Part shown: piece by piece, positions 24,727-36,558 of the stretch | Numbering within the stretch: the first letter of the stretch is position 1 | How the letters are laid out: every line of letters begins with the position of its first letter | Origin: Octopus bimaculoides | Lineage: Eukaryota | Reading direction: 5' to 3' | NCBI RefSeq assembly: GCF_001194135.2 | Contig: NC_068992.1 | Location: forward strand, 25,298,081 to 25,341,372 | Length of the DNA stretch: 43,292 nucleotides | Position numbers and translations under genes: made by a program | The notes under the pieces: model-generated | Database searches by the model: none | What the model was told of the DNA's origin: nothing | The model's input: only the letters and a program-made list of their open reading frames with translations

Positions 24727-24925
24727 AAGCGGCGATCTGACTGAATCGTTAGCACGCCGAGTAAAATGCTCAGCGGCATTCCGTCCGTCTTTACGTTCTG
24801 ATTTCAAATTCAGCTGCGGCCCACTTTACCTTTCATCCTTTCGAGGTCGATTACCAGTTGAGTACTGGAGGGGACATAATAGTGTATCTCCCTCCCACGA
24901 AATTGCTGGTATTGTGCCAAAATTT
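24727..24925 (+). mobile_element. S2-type SINE
   Basis: GCGGCGATCTGACTGAATCGTTAGCACGCCG head; CTTTCATCCTTTCGAGGTCGA core. Confidence 0.75.
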
Positions 24926-25219
24926 AACACTAATATTTAATTATGAAAATAGAATTGGATATTTTAAACATGGGGGTCCAATGGAGTTAAATAGGAATCC
25001 CATGGTACCATCAGCAAAAAATGGTTCAAAACCATTGGTCTACAGGTTCGTCAATCTAATTTGCATCGAACGGTGACTCACCAAATGACTGGTGAGTGAC
25101 AAGTGCATTGGTAGGTACAGAAGCCCGCTAGAGGTTTAGCGTAGAGCTGTATCAGTCGGTTCGACTAAGTATAATTATTACGTATCTCAAAAAAGGCGAA
25201 TCAAAATTGTTAGATTATA

Positions 25220-25369
25220 GGCGCATGAGTGGCTGTGTGGTAAGCAGCTTGGTAGCTTGGCCAAGTGTATTCTACTATAGCCTTGGGCCGACCAAAACCC
25301 TGTCAGTGGATTTGGTAGACGGAAACTGAAAGAAGCTCGTCGTATATATATATACATATATATATATAC
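25220..25369 (+). mobile_element. SINE family S3, 5' part with deletion, running into gap
   Basis: GTGGCTGTGTGGTAAG head; GGATTTGGTAGACGGAAACTGAAAGAAGC. Confidence 0.75.
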
Positions 25370-25659
25370 NNNNNNNNNNNNNNNNNNNNNNNNNNNNNNN
25401 NNNNNNNNNNNNNNNNNNNNNNNNNNNNNNNNNNNNNNNNNNNNNNNNNNNNNNNNNNNNNNNNNNNNNNNNNNNNNNNNNNNNNNNNNNNNNNNNNNNN
25501 NNNNNNNNNNNNNNNNNNNNNNNNNNNNNNNNNNNNNNNNNNNNNNNNNNNNNNNNNNNNNNNNNNNNNNNNNNNNNNNNNNNNNNNNNNNNNNNNNNNN
25601 NNNNNNNNNNNNNNNNNNNNNNNNNNNNNNNNNNNNNNNNNNNNNNNNNNNNNNNNNNG

Positions 25660-25960
25660 AGGAATGTCAGGTGAAACTTGGTACTAAGATGCGTTTGTAA
25701 AGCAGACGAGGGATATTATTTCAAGCTGCATTGGTAAAGAATGTTGGCCATGTAGAAGAATTAGTGAGGTATCATTCGTTTTATAGGAGACGGTCCTTGA
25801 AGGATAGAAGACCCTATAGAGGAGTTAGTGATCGGTGTCGGTTAAAGATGGAACATTTGCAAACCAAAAAGCTGGAGTAGTTTTCGGGTAAGGTCTAGCT
25901 AGAGAGAAAATATCGTTTCTGAGAACGTACTTGTGTCGGTGTTTGTATTTGAGCCTGTGT
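25660..25960 (-). mobile_element. Possible highly degenerate CR1/Jockey-like LINE 3' end
   Basis: Loose nucleotide resemblance only; no clean peptide. Confidence 0.3.
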
Positions 25961-26039
25961 TACATGTTACAGAAGTGCAACTGTTCAAACGTTGGGTGCA
26001 GAATTCAGATGTGGATCCAACCTGTAATATACCATCTGT

Positions 26040-26197
26040 TATGAAGACTATGATGATGAAGATGATGACGACGACGATGATGATGATGATGACGAGGATG
26101 TTGATGATAACGAGAGGAAGATCGTGATGATGATGTTAATGATGTGGAGAAGGAGGGGAGGTGAAGGGGAGAAGGGGAGTGATGATAATGATGTTGG

Positions 26198-26238
<41 letters not shown>

Positions 26239-26650
26239 NNNNNNNNNNNNNNNNNNNNNNNNNNNNNNNNNNNNNNNNNNNNNNNNNNNNNNNNNNNNNN
26301 NNNNNNNNNNNNNNNNNNNNNNNNNNNNNNNNNNNNNNNNNNNNNNNNNNNNNNNNNNNNNNNNNNNNNNNNNNNNNNNNNNNNNNNNNNNNNNNNNNNN
26401 NNNNNNNNNNNNNNNNNNNNNNNNNNNNNNNNNNNNNNNNNNNNNNNNNNNNNNNNNNNNNNNNNNNNNNNNNNNNNNNNNNNNNNNNNNNNNNNNNNNN
26501 NNNNNNNNNNNNNNNNNNNNNNNNNNNNNNNNNNNNNNNNNNNNNNNNNNNNNNNNNNNNNNNNNNNNNNNNNNNAAGAGAAGGAAGAGAAGGAAGAGAA
26601 GGAAGAGAAGGAAGAGAAGGAGGAGAAGGAAGAGAAGGAGGAGAAGGAGG
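26040..26650 (+). repeat. (GAT)n-rich tract and 9-bp (AAGGAAGAG)n repeat flanking a gap
   Basis: Directly visible at 26040-26238 and 26576-26650. Confidence 0.9.
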
Positions 26651-27198
26651 GGGATGAAGAGGTTGTTGACCACAGCCGCCGAGACAGCTACATTTACCAA
26701 AAGAATCACATGCTTGACTACTACGAAGCTTACAAAGACGAAGTTGATGCAGATGAAGAACGTAACAGAGACGGAAAATGGAGGCGTGTGTCAAAAATGA
26801 ATGTAAATCTTAAAGCAAATAAACAGCTTAAAAAGTCTGTGTTAAAAGAATTATAATTATAGCAAAATAATAGAATCAATATGAAGAAAACAAACCTCGT
26901 CACTTACTGTTTACAGATTCCTCTTAATCTTTTAACACAATATATTCGTCTACAACATTTTATTATAACAAGCTATTTGTTTGTTACATTTCATTTGCAC
27001 ACACGAGCTTCATATTTCGCTCTTTTCAGTTTTTCTACTGTACACCTTTACTCATCTTTTTATCTCTGATGAAGATCCAGAATGCAGGAAATATCAGTAA
27101 ACTATTTTTCTTTCTTTCTTCAGCGTACAACTAATATAATTTCTAATCGTGTTATTTGACGCCTTCCTCCTTGCTCAAGATATTATTTATTTCAATAG

Positions 27199-27314
27199 AT
27201 ACGTCTTAATACTGACATGTTTTAAAAATAACAAACTCTGTTTCGAGAGAGGTTTGGCTGCAGTTTCTGGCATATCAAGTGACCACGTAAAGTTTGTTTA
27301 CCTCTCAGAGGAAG
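27199..27314 (+). CDS. Candidate internal coding exon of an unidentified gene
   Basis: TTATTTATTTCAATAG|...GAAG|GTAAAT; one open frame (YVLILTCFKNNKLCFERGLAAVSGISSDHVKFVYLSEE); phase 2-1, compatible with 19297-19374. Confidence 0.35.
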
Positions 27315-27698
27315 GTAAATGCTGTCACTACGACGTCGATGACGGTAAAGACAACAGTATGAAATTGACGAGTGTTTGATGCACTAATCTACAAAACTAA
27401 GATTATTTATATTGACGTTAATATGACACTTGTGCAGCTATGGATTACGAGAGTGCAGTGACATAGAGAAATTAATGGATTAGCGGACTGATAGGTATAT
27501 AATTAGTGACGGAAACAATGGAGACAAAAGAAAGTGAAAGAGAAAGAAAGGGTGAGACAGAATGTGTTTTGGGGTGGGGCGGGAACTCAATACTGAAAGC
27601 TGACAGACAGATTAGCACGTAATCTAGTTAGATATGAGAAGATTGAAATTGCACATAAATGCAGAAGCAAGACAACTCTTTATCTCTCTGTCTTATTG

Positions 27699-27739
<41 letters not shown>

Positions 27740-27837
27740 GTGTGTATGTATGCAAGTATGTATGCATGCATGTATTAAATAACGCGCGTGTGTATATATA
27801 TATATATGTGTGTGTGTGTGTATGTGTGTGTGTGTGT

Positions 27838-28085
27838 GGAGGCGCGTGGCTTAGTGGTTAGGGTGTAAGCATCATGATCATAAGATTGTGATTTCGATTC
27901 CAGGACCGGGAAACGCGTTGTGCTCTTGTGCAAAACACTTCATTTCACGTTGCCCCAGTTCACTCAGCTGGTAAAAATGAGTAACGCTGGGATGGACTGG
28001 CGTCCCGTCCAGGTGGGGAGCACATACGCCATTGAAACCGGGAAACCGGGCCCATGAGCCTGGCTAGACTTTAAAAGGGCGCATT
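27838..28085 (+). mobile_element. tRNA-derived SINE family S4 with Meta/V-domain-like core
   Basis: A-box TGGCTTAGTGG and B-box-like ATTTCGATTCC; core GATGGACTGGCGTCCCGTCCAGG resembles V-/Meta-SINE domains (from memory). Possible reverse-complement fragments at ~1470-1520, ~13870-13960 and ~41740-41850. Confidence 0.7.
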
Positions 28086-28110
28086 TATTTATTTTATATA
28101 TATATATACT

Positions 28111-28141
<31 letters not shown>

Positions 28142-30421
28142 TTTATATATATTTTATATATATTTATTTTATATTTATATATATATATATCTACTTATAT
28201 ATATTTGTGGAGAAAGGACAGGGTGAANNNNNNNNNNNNNNNNNNNNNNNNNNNNNNNNNNNNNNNNNNNNNNNNNNNNNNNNNNNNNNNNNNNNNNNNN
28301 NNNNNNNNNNNNNNNNNNNNNNNNNNNNNNNNNNNNNNNNNNNNNNNNNNNNNNNNNNNNNNNNNNNNNNNNNNNNNNNNNNNNNNNNNNNNNNNNNNNN
28401 NNNNNNNNNNNNNNNNNNNNNNNNNNNNNNNNNNNNNNNNNNNNNNNNNNNNNNNNNNNNNNNNNNNNNNNNNNNNNNNNNNNNNNNNNNNNNNNNNNNN
28501 NNNNNNNNNNNNNNNNNNNNNNNNNNNNNNNNNNNNNNNNNNNNNNNNNNNNNNNNNNNNNNNNNNNNNNNNNNNNNNNNNNNNNNNNNNNNNNNNNNNN
28601 NNNNNNNNNNNNNNNNNNNNNNNNNNNNNNNNNNNNNNNNNNNNNNNNNNNNNNNNNNNNNNNNNNNNNNNNNNNNNNNNNNNNNNNNNNNNNNNNNNNN
28701 NNNNNNNNNNNNNNNNNNNNNNNNNNNNNNNNNNNNNNNNNNNNNNNNNNNNNNNNNNNNNNNNNNNNNNNNNNNNNNNNNNNNNNNNNNNNNNNNNNNN
28801 NNNNNNNNNNNNNNNNNNNNNNNNNNNNNNNNNNNNNNNNNNNNNNNNNNNNNNNNNNNNNNNNNNNNNNNNNNNNNNNNNNNNNNNNNNNNNNNNNNNN
28901 NNNNNNNNNNNNNNNNNNNNNNNNNNNNNNNNNNNNNNNNNNNNNNNNNNNNNNNNNNNNNNNNNNNNNNNNNNNNNNNNNNNNNNNNNNNNNNNNNNNN
29001 NNNNNNNNNNNNNNNNNNNNNNNNNNNNNNNNNNNNNNNNNNNNNNGGAAGTAGAGGAGAGGGGTAGAAAAAGAAGATGATAAAGAAGCAACAGAAGAAG
29101 AAGAAGAAGAAGAAGAAGAAGAAGAAGAAGAAGAAAATGTTCCTTTCATCGCCCACTTCGGTTACCACAATGACCACGTCGGTCAGACATTAAAAAACTG
29201 TCTGCCCTTCCCAGTAGAAATTTCAGAAGCAGGTTATCTTTACGATGGTTTCAGCTTTCAACGAGGCTCTTTTATATGTAACAGAAGCTACTTCATAAAA
29301 CACCACAACTCAGCAATTCTCATACATATTATACGAATGTGAGAAGAACTCTGCGTTCCTCTGCGCCTATTTTGGGCAGTTCCCTCTTATGCTTCTTTAG
29401 CTCTTCCAAAGTTAACCTCGAACGGACAATACACCTCGATATGAATGCCAAACCAGGGGTTTTTAAAAGCTATCTGTATTAGCTGGACGTATGTTCATTC
29501 GAAAATTGACCAACTGGTTCATTCTTGGCGATGCCGAGATTTTCCTTGAAACAGTCCTTGCTCGCAATTCCTATATAGAACGTGAAATCCGGATGTTGCA
29601 CAGACAGAATTTGCCGACTTCAAGAAGTCAATGAGCGCATGAAACATTCCAGTTACCAAACGCCATGTTGTGTACACTTCATGGAGTAGATCTGCCACTC
29701 TCTCAAGGAGAAGAGCTATGGGAAGACATGACTCACAAAGGAACAGCAAGCTAATCGACATTATTATTTGTGTTTGTTCCATTATTTTCCATGAAACATG
29801 GAGCATATCGTGCGTGAGTTATGTTCGAAAATTTTATAAGGGGATTAGCGGTGTAAACGAACTCAAAGGCGAGACAGAAATCTAGGTGAGAACAACAACT
29901 ATTCATAACATATTCTAAGAAAATACTATATAATTGTTTTTTACTTTTGAGTTTCGGTTCCTCATTTTCTGAAACTGAATCTGACGCTTCTGGAATTATG
30001 ATCTTGGTGGATTAATATTGCCAATAGGATTATTTCAGAACTGTCGGTGAAAACTACTTCCAGGATAAAGCAAATAAATAACAAAAAGCCTATTTCCACA
30101 CATGCACATATACTTGATATATCTGTGCACACAGAAACGCACATACATATATGTATGCACGTATGTATGCATATTTATAAATATATATAGTGAGAGAGAT
30201 ACATAAATAGATAGATAGATAGATGCATACATACATACATACATACACTGACAGACATATGACATATGTGTGCATCGCTGTCTCTATTAGGTATACAAAT
30301 AACATGGACGTACATCTGGTATGAAATGGATATACGTATATGAAAATACAAATATATATATATATATGTGCCTATATGTGTGTATAAGTATGATGTTTAT
30401 ATAGCATAACACGTCTTTTGT

Positions 30422-30466
<45 letters not shown>

Positions 30467-30960
30467 GAATATCTTCATTATATGTGGGTAAATAAATCAT
30501 TGACGCATGTTAGACCTAACTAATGGGTGTCACACACACATATACACACACAGATAAACGGTTAACTAGAGAGATAGATAGGTACATACATACACACATA
30601 CATACATACACGCATACATACATACTTACATACATACATGCATACATACAAAGAAATACACATATACAGTCATATATGTACACATGCACTATGCAATTGA
30701 GGTTGTGTATAATTTTTGACAAGCAAGAATTTTCTAGTAATTTATTTGATATAGACTTGTTTGGTTTCGTTGTTCAAATACCATTCACCGGCCACTCAGC
30801 GTTATTGCTTCATTTATGTGAGTTAATAAAATCATAAATGTGTGCTACTTATTTGTCTCTATTCTTCTGTGTCTGGTCGATAACAGTTAATGCCAGAAAA
30901 TTGCTGTGTTCATGACGCCCGGTGAGTCAAAAACATGCTCCATCAGACAATCAGGCTTAC

Positions 30961-31054
30961 CGTTAATGGTATGTCACTTTTGTAAAATAGCTGATTGTTG
31001 AGTTTATCTTTGTGAGTCGGTACCAATTGCCTCCAAGCGAGTGAAGTACCTTCC
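30961..31054 (-). CDS. Candidate coding exon, minus strand
   Basis: CCGCTTTCAG|...|GTAAGC; one open frame (EGTSLAWRQLVPTHKDKLNNQLFYKSDIPLT). Confidence 0.25.
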
Positions 31055-31735
31055 CTGAAAGCGGAGTTTATGTTAGTAAATCGAGAATTCATTGTGTATG
31101 CTATTTCTAGTACTCTTATACGTTTTTGCTTTCCGCATATATGCCACTAACCGTTGGCATATATGCTGTTTCCCTGTAAAACAGTTACACTTTCTTTATA
31201 GGAGGAAAAGTAACAATGAAAAAAATGAAGCTAGTTCAACAGGTGTCAGTTTTACTATATAAACATTTTATTGAAAATAATTACCATCAATTTCTCAAGA
31301 ACAACGGGACAGCAATGTTATAGCAAAAGTTGATAGGAAAGAGAGAAACACGGCATATTTAATACACTGCTATGTTCCAAAAGCGTCACGTATTGAATAA
31401 TATAGATCAGCTTTATATGCCGTCTTATGTTCAGCTATCTCAAAAGTCCCTCATAAGGGTAAGGTTATACTATTAGGGCGTGTAATGCCAGGCTAAACTC
31501 ATTTGGCATCGTGCAACTTGTAAGCACAAAGGAGGCAAAAGGAATTACACTGGGCTACGTCTGCTTCTTGTCTGTCATAAACTTTGACCTCTGTCTCACA
31601 AACATCTTGTTTTAGCAGTGAAATTAACATAAAGCAACTTGAATGCACCCCTCGGTTTAGCTAATTGCCCAACAACTGCAAACAGGGTAAAAGATATAAT
31701 TTTCACTAGGAATTTCCCAACCAAACATAAATACA

Positions 31736-31782
<47 letters not shown>

Positions 31783-32684
31783 GCACACGCACACAAACAC
31801 ACACAAACACAGGCATATATTTGTTTGCCATTTTACATTTTAATACATATATTCCTTTGCTATATTACGTGTTACTACGTTTCGTGCTCCCTCGAGTATC
31901 GTGAATACTTTCAATTTGAATTTATTTCCCTATTCATATCTGAGTGTCTGTCAGTCTGTCTGTCTTTTTCTTTCACCTTCCCCGTCTCTCTTTCCCTCCC
32001 CTCTCTCTCTCTNNNNNNNNNNNNNNNNNNNNNNNNNNNNNNNNNNNNNNNNNNNNNNNNNNNNNNNNNNNNNNNNNNNNNNNNNNNNNNNNNNNNNNNN
32101 NNNNNNNNNNNNNNNNNNNNNNNNNNNNNNNNNNNNNTATATATATATATATATATATTATACCTACAAGCATACATGCATATATGCATGTACATAAATA
32201 TATATACAGACGTATAGCGTGCTGTTTCGTTATGGGTTTGATCAACAAAAAAGTGCATTATCAAGTGAGAGATAATATGATTTAATAAACGTTTCTTTGA
32301 AACGTGAGCTACAATTAGGTTCATGCTCGGACAGTAGTGGTTAGTTCAGTTTCTAAAGCTTGCTGTATATCATCGGTTAATCATTCAGGCTGAAAATACA
32401 ACATAGCTGCTCTCTGAGGAAATGCGAGGGAAGAACTAGAAATAACGAGAAATGAAAGTAAATGAAAAATGAAAACGTGAAAAATGTATGGAGGGAATGG
32501 AGACACGACTTGTGTCCCCCTTGTCCGTTAGATACGCATAATGATATTTTGTCTGATTAATTCGACAAGGAAAAGAGGAGTGATCTTATCTTCGTTAGTA
32601 ACAGAAGCAAACATGCATGTCTCCTCATGTAAGTAGGAGCCTGGGTTTTCAAATTAAAGTTTTAGAATAGGCGCCCGGTGTCAC

Positions 32685-33000
32685 TTAGATATCAACTGAA
32701 TGAAAGTTTCGACTGGGCGTTTTCAAAATTTGTTTACATCTATGGCTACACGGGAAATGCTACCAATCAAACAAGAATTTTGTACCTACGTTTGTCTTAA
32801 GATTCTTATAGATATAGGGTTGAGGATGAACCTCATAATCTTTCTATATCCATTTTTAGGCTTCGTACTTTTCATGATAGTGGTGGAAGGTATCTTCTCT
32901 CTGCAGCCACTGATAACTAGGGCGTTATTAGTAGCGAACTGTCTTATTGAATATTTCCTTGGAAAAGGAGAGATTACATGTCCTATTACTAATGCAAGCA
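32685..33000 (-). mobile_element. Degenerate Penelope-like retroelement ORF fragment (region between RT and GIY-YIG)
   Basis: With frameshifts, the minus strand gives SKEIFNKTVRY-NNALVISGCREKI ... RKIMRFILNP .. KNLKTNVGTKFL..*HFPCSH. This resembles the PLE motifs EEIF..A.YYNNAL..SGY and WFNPP.S.NVKTNVG..FL..I.KHFP. Confidence 0.7.
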
Positions 33001-34891
33001 ATATCAGTAACAGAGTAATACGGTATTATATGTGTGTGCGCATGTGTTTATATATATGGGGAAGGTAGGTGTGTGTGGGGGTGTAATTTATTCACGCACT
33101 TTTTCTCTGTTTGTAGCGAAATTCTTCCACATCTATTCCTGAGTATTATTTGGTTTATTCCATAGAGTATGTTTTGCAGATCTTAATAGAAGGGGATAAA
33201 AAAAAGAAGAATCCTATTTGTATTGTAAAAAGAACATTTCAAAATCCATGGAGACAAAACCTTTCTTAATGCATAAGAGGATTATTTTTAATATTTTAAG
33301 AAAAACAACTGCAATATATGCGTCATGGTCATATACGTAATTTGTTATCCCAATATATTCCATTATCGAAAACATATTCAGCTATTCAAGATTTTAAAGA
33401 TAACAAATTCGAGCATCGTTAAATTCGCTGTGTCATTTACAATAAATGTGATGATACATTCGATTAAAAAGTTTTCAAGACACTGCCCCAGCATGGCCAT
33501 ACTCGAATAAAAGAAAGATTGAAAGATTAAAAGTAAAAAATATCATCAACTTCTCCGTGTTAACTATGCATCTTTGTTTTACTGGTTCGGTTTGGTTTGG
33601 AAGAAGATATTCATGATTATTGCAAGACACTTGAAACCGGTGAGGCGGATATACATTACTTTTGCAAACTGGAAACTGAAGAGTTTGAGTAGATTATTGC
33701 TTTTCTCGAGAAAAACATTATCTATAAGGAAAATATTTGTAGGAAACGGATTCCTGAAACATGATGTACAGGGTAAGAATGATTGGAATAATCTAGGCTT
33801 GAATTCAGCCTAGAAATAATTAGTAGAGACAACATGTGTGTTGAGAGGGAAAAGAGGTGTGAGTTAAGATAGGGTGAATTGACACAACACAAGCCAGATC
33901 CAAGAAGAAGCCGCATTATTTGCAATAAAATACATAGAGCAGGTAGAAAGTACTCTGTGGTCCAAATGTTGGAATATTTCAGCATTGTATTCGATTGCTT
34001 TCTCTGTATGACAACGAAACTGTTGTAATTGTGAGGTGGGTGTGTCCATTTGTAGAACCCATAGCTAATCTGTGTTTATGAGTGTATAGATTACTTAGAC
34101 GAGAAAAGGAAGGAACTTCAGTTGTATAAGACATCAAGAGTTTGCTGGAGATATCCACTGGTATAAAATTTGGTTGGAAACTCTGGATGTTTCTACAAAA
34201 TACACAGTACTACATTTCATTATAAAATAGCACTTTATAAGGTAAAATATGTATCGTGTACTTAATTGCCACCAAATTGCAAAAAAAGAAAAAAAAAGAA
34301 AGAAAAATAGATTTCTACTTAGAGAGTTACGTTAATACAAATGTATTTATGTGAATATTAATTCTTGCACAAAATTAATTTGCAGAGAGCACATTAGCGA
34401 GTTTTCTAACTGTTGAAAGACAAATAGATTGAATATTAAAATATGAAAAATTTTCGACGAAGACATTCTATAAGTCACAGTATGTTTCCTATGTTTCTAC
34501 TTACTGAAGTTTATAAATAACGAATGAAGCAAACAAACAATTTATGAAGACGAAAAAAAGTGTCAGGCCTAGACAGATATAACAAAACTATAAACATCAT
34601 CGACAGGAATGACTTGTTAATGAGTCTGGTAATACTCTAATAGAGTGTGGCTTTTCAATAATGCATTTCAGGAAAAAAAGAATAAATGTCCCCTATATAT
34701 ATATAGAAATACATAAATATATGTGTACACACATACACATGCTCACGCACATGCATGCATCAATGCATTTGTATGCGCAAGTGTCTGCGTGTACATGAAA
34801 AGTGACTGCGCACGAATGCGCGCATATATATGTAAATATATATATATATATGTTAATTCTCTAAATGAAGTATTAACAGTAACTGCACGAT

Positions 34892-35122
34892 AAAGTGTAG
34901 TATATTGCCACTTAAGTGTGGCTGACCCCTAGGGGTGGATGTTTTCACCTTTTCAATATCAGTGAAGAATTTCACTGGAAAAGAAGATATAAGGTTTGCC
35001 AGGTTTTTGTCTCTCTCACCAAGGTCATCAGCTATCGAACGCCGACGAAGGGAAATAACCCTGAAATCCGGATACGTTCGTGCTGCTGATCGAGGTGAGA
35101 GGGATAACTCCCTTGGCAAACA
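34892..35122 (+). mobile_element. HHR-bearing non-coding repeat, family B copy B1 (runs into gap); Penelope-like terminal repeat or fold-back element
   Basis: 35042-35122 is near-identical to 43099-43176. 34892-34943 is the exact reverse complement of 43241-43292. Confidence 0.7.
35013..35101 (+). ncRNA. Extended type I hammerhead ribozyme (family B, copy B1), variant core CCGACGA
   Basis: CGAACG(35036-41) CCGACGA AGGG-AAATAA-CCCT GAA ATCCGGAT A CGTTCG(35075-80). Stem I is a perfect 6 bp, stem II 4 bp, stem III a palindrome. Stem I extends via ATCAGC/GCTGAT and CTCTCACC/GGTGAGAG. Predicted cut is after A35074. Confidence 0.8.
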
Positions 35123-35544
35123 NNNNNNNNNNNNNNNNNNNNNNNNNNNNNNNNNNNNNNNNNNNNNNNNNNNNNNNNNNNNNNNNNNNNNNNNNNNNNN
35201 NNNNNNNNNNNNNNNNNNNNNNNNNNNNNNNNNNNNNNNNNNNNNNNNNNNNNNNNNNNNNNNNNNNNNNNNNNNNNNNNNNNNNNNNNNNNNNNNNNNN
35301 NNNNNNNNNNNNNNNNNNNNNNNNNNNNNNNNNNNNNNNNNNNNNNNNNNNNNNNNNNNNNNNNNNNNNNNNNNNNNNNNNNNNNNNNNNNNNNNNNNNN
35401 NNNNNNNNNNNNNNNNNNNNNNNNNNNNNNNNNNNNNNNNNNNNNNNNNNNNNNNNNNNNNNNNNNNNNNNNNNNNNNNNNNNNNNNNNNNNNNNNNNNN
35501 NNNNNNNNNNNNNNNNNNNNNNNNNNNNNNNNNNNNNNNNNNNN

Positions 35545-35593
<49 letters not shown>

Positions 35594-35958
35594 GAGACAC
35601 ACACATACACACACACACACACAGGCATACTTACTCACATATACACATTCACACACACAGACATATAAATGGATAGATACATACATAAATGCACGCACAA
35701 GTATACATATATACATACATGCATACATACGTATGTACGAGCTCTCTATTACACGCACACAAACACACAAACTCTCTCTCTCTCTCTCTCTCTCTCGGTT
35801 TCTCTCTCATTCTCTCTCCCTCCCTCTCTTTCTTTCTCTCTCACGTTAAGCAACAACATCAACCATCAGGAGCATAAGCACATACGCGCGTGCATAATCG
35901 TATGTGCATATACATGTACATACGTATACAGAAATAGACATGTGAGTGTGGATACACA

Positions 35959-36006
<48 letters not shown>

Positions 36007-36332
36007 CACACATTCACATTCACACGCGTTCACACAAGTTTACTTTGATATGCTGGTACCACGAAATCGGAAATGAAAATATCTATATAAGGGAAGATCG
36101 TGATCGAAGTCACACTAGTGTGAATCAGAACTTCGTCTGACCTATGAGAAACATTTTAAGCATGCACTCAACATAATAAAATTGAAAGTTCAATTATTTC
36201 ATAACCTAGTACAAGTTACATGTATATACCTCACACACACACATATATATATATATACATACATACATGCAAACATACATACATACAAACACACATATAC
36301 ATATACATATACATACATATATATATATATAT

Positions 36333-36558
36333 ATTCCGTGGTTCGGAAAGTTCGTGCCGATTTATAGCTTACCTTTCGACTTATTTGCTACGAAACCACC
36401 TCAATTCTGGGAGGAGGGTATTTTCAAGTTAAAGGAAAGATGGAGACGCATTGTGCAACAACATGGTTCATATTTGGTTGATTAAAAATGTAATGGCAAG
36501 AATTTATTGACCTTTTTCTTTCTATAAAAGTCGGCAAGAACTTTCCGGACAACTCAAT
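36333..36558 (+). mobile_element. Internally deleted mariner (MITE-like) retaining the transposase C-terminus
   Basis: Imperfect TIRs GTTCGGAAAGTTCGTGCCGA versus rc GTCCGGAAAGTTCTTGCCGA. Peptide FATKPPQFWEEGIFKLKERWRRIVQQHGSYLVD* (stop ends 36485) is typical of mariner C-termini. Confidence 0.85.

Noticed and set aside
33880-34080. GIFQHCIRLLSLY..TVVIVRW, loosely like an RTE RT segment
   Set aside because: Short and frameshifted; not supportable without a profile search.
4343-35849. Long ORFs of 170-440 aa in the ORF track
   Set aside because: They span N-runs (X residues); artefacts.
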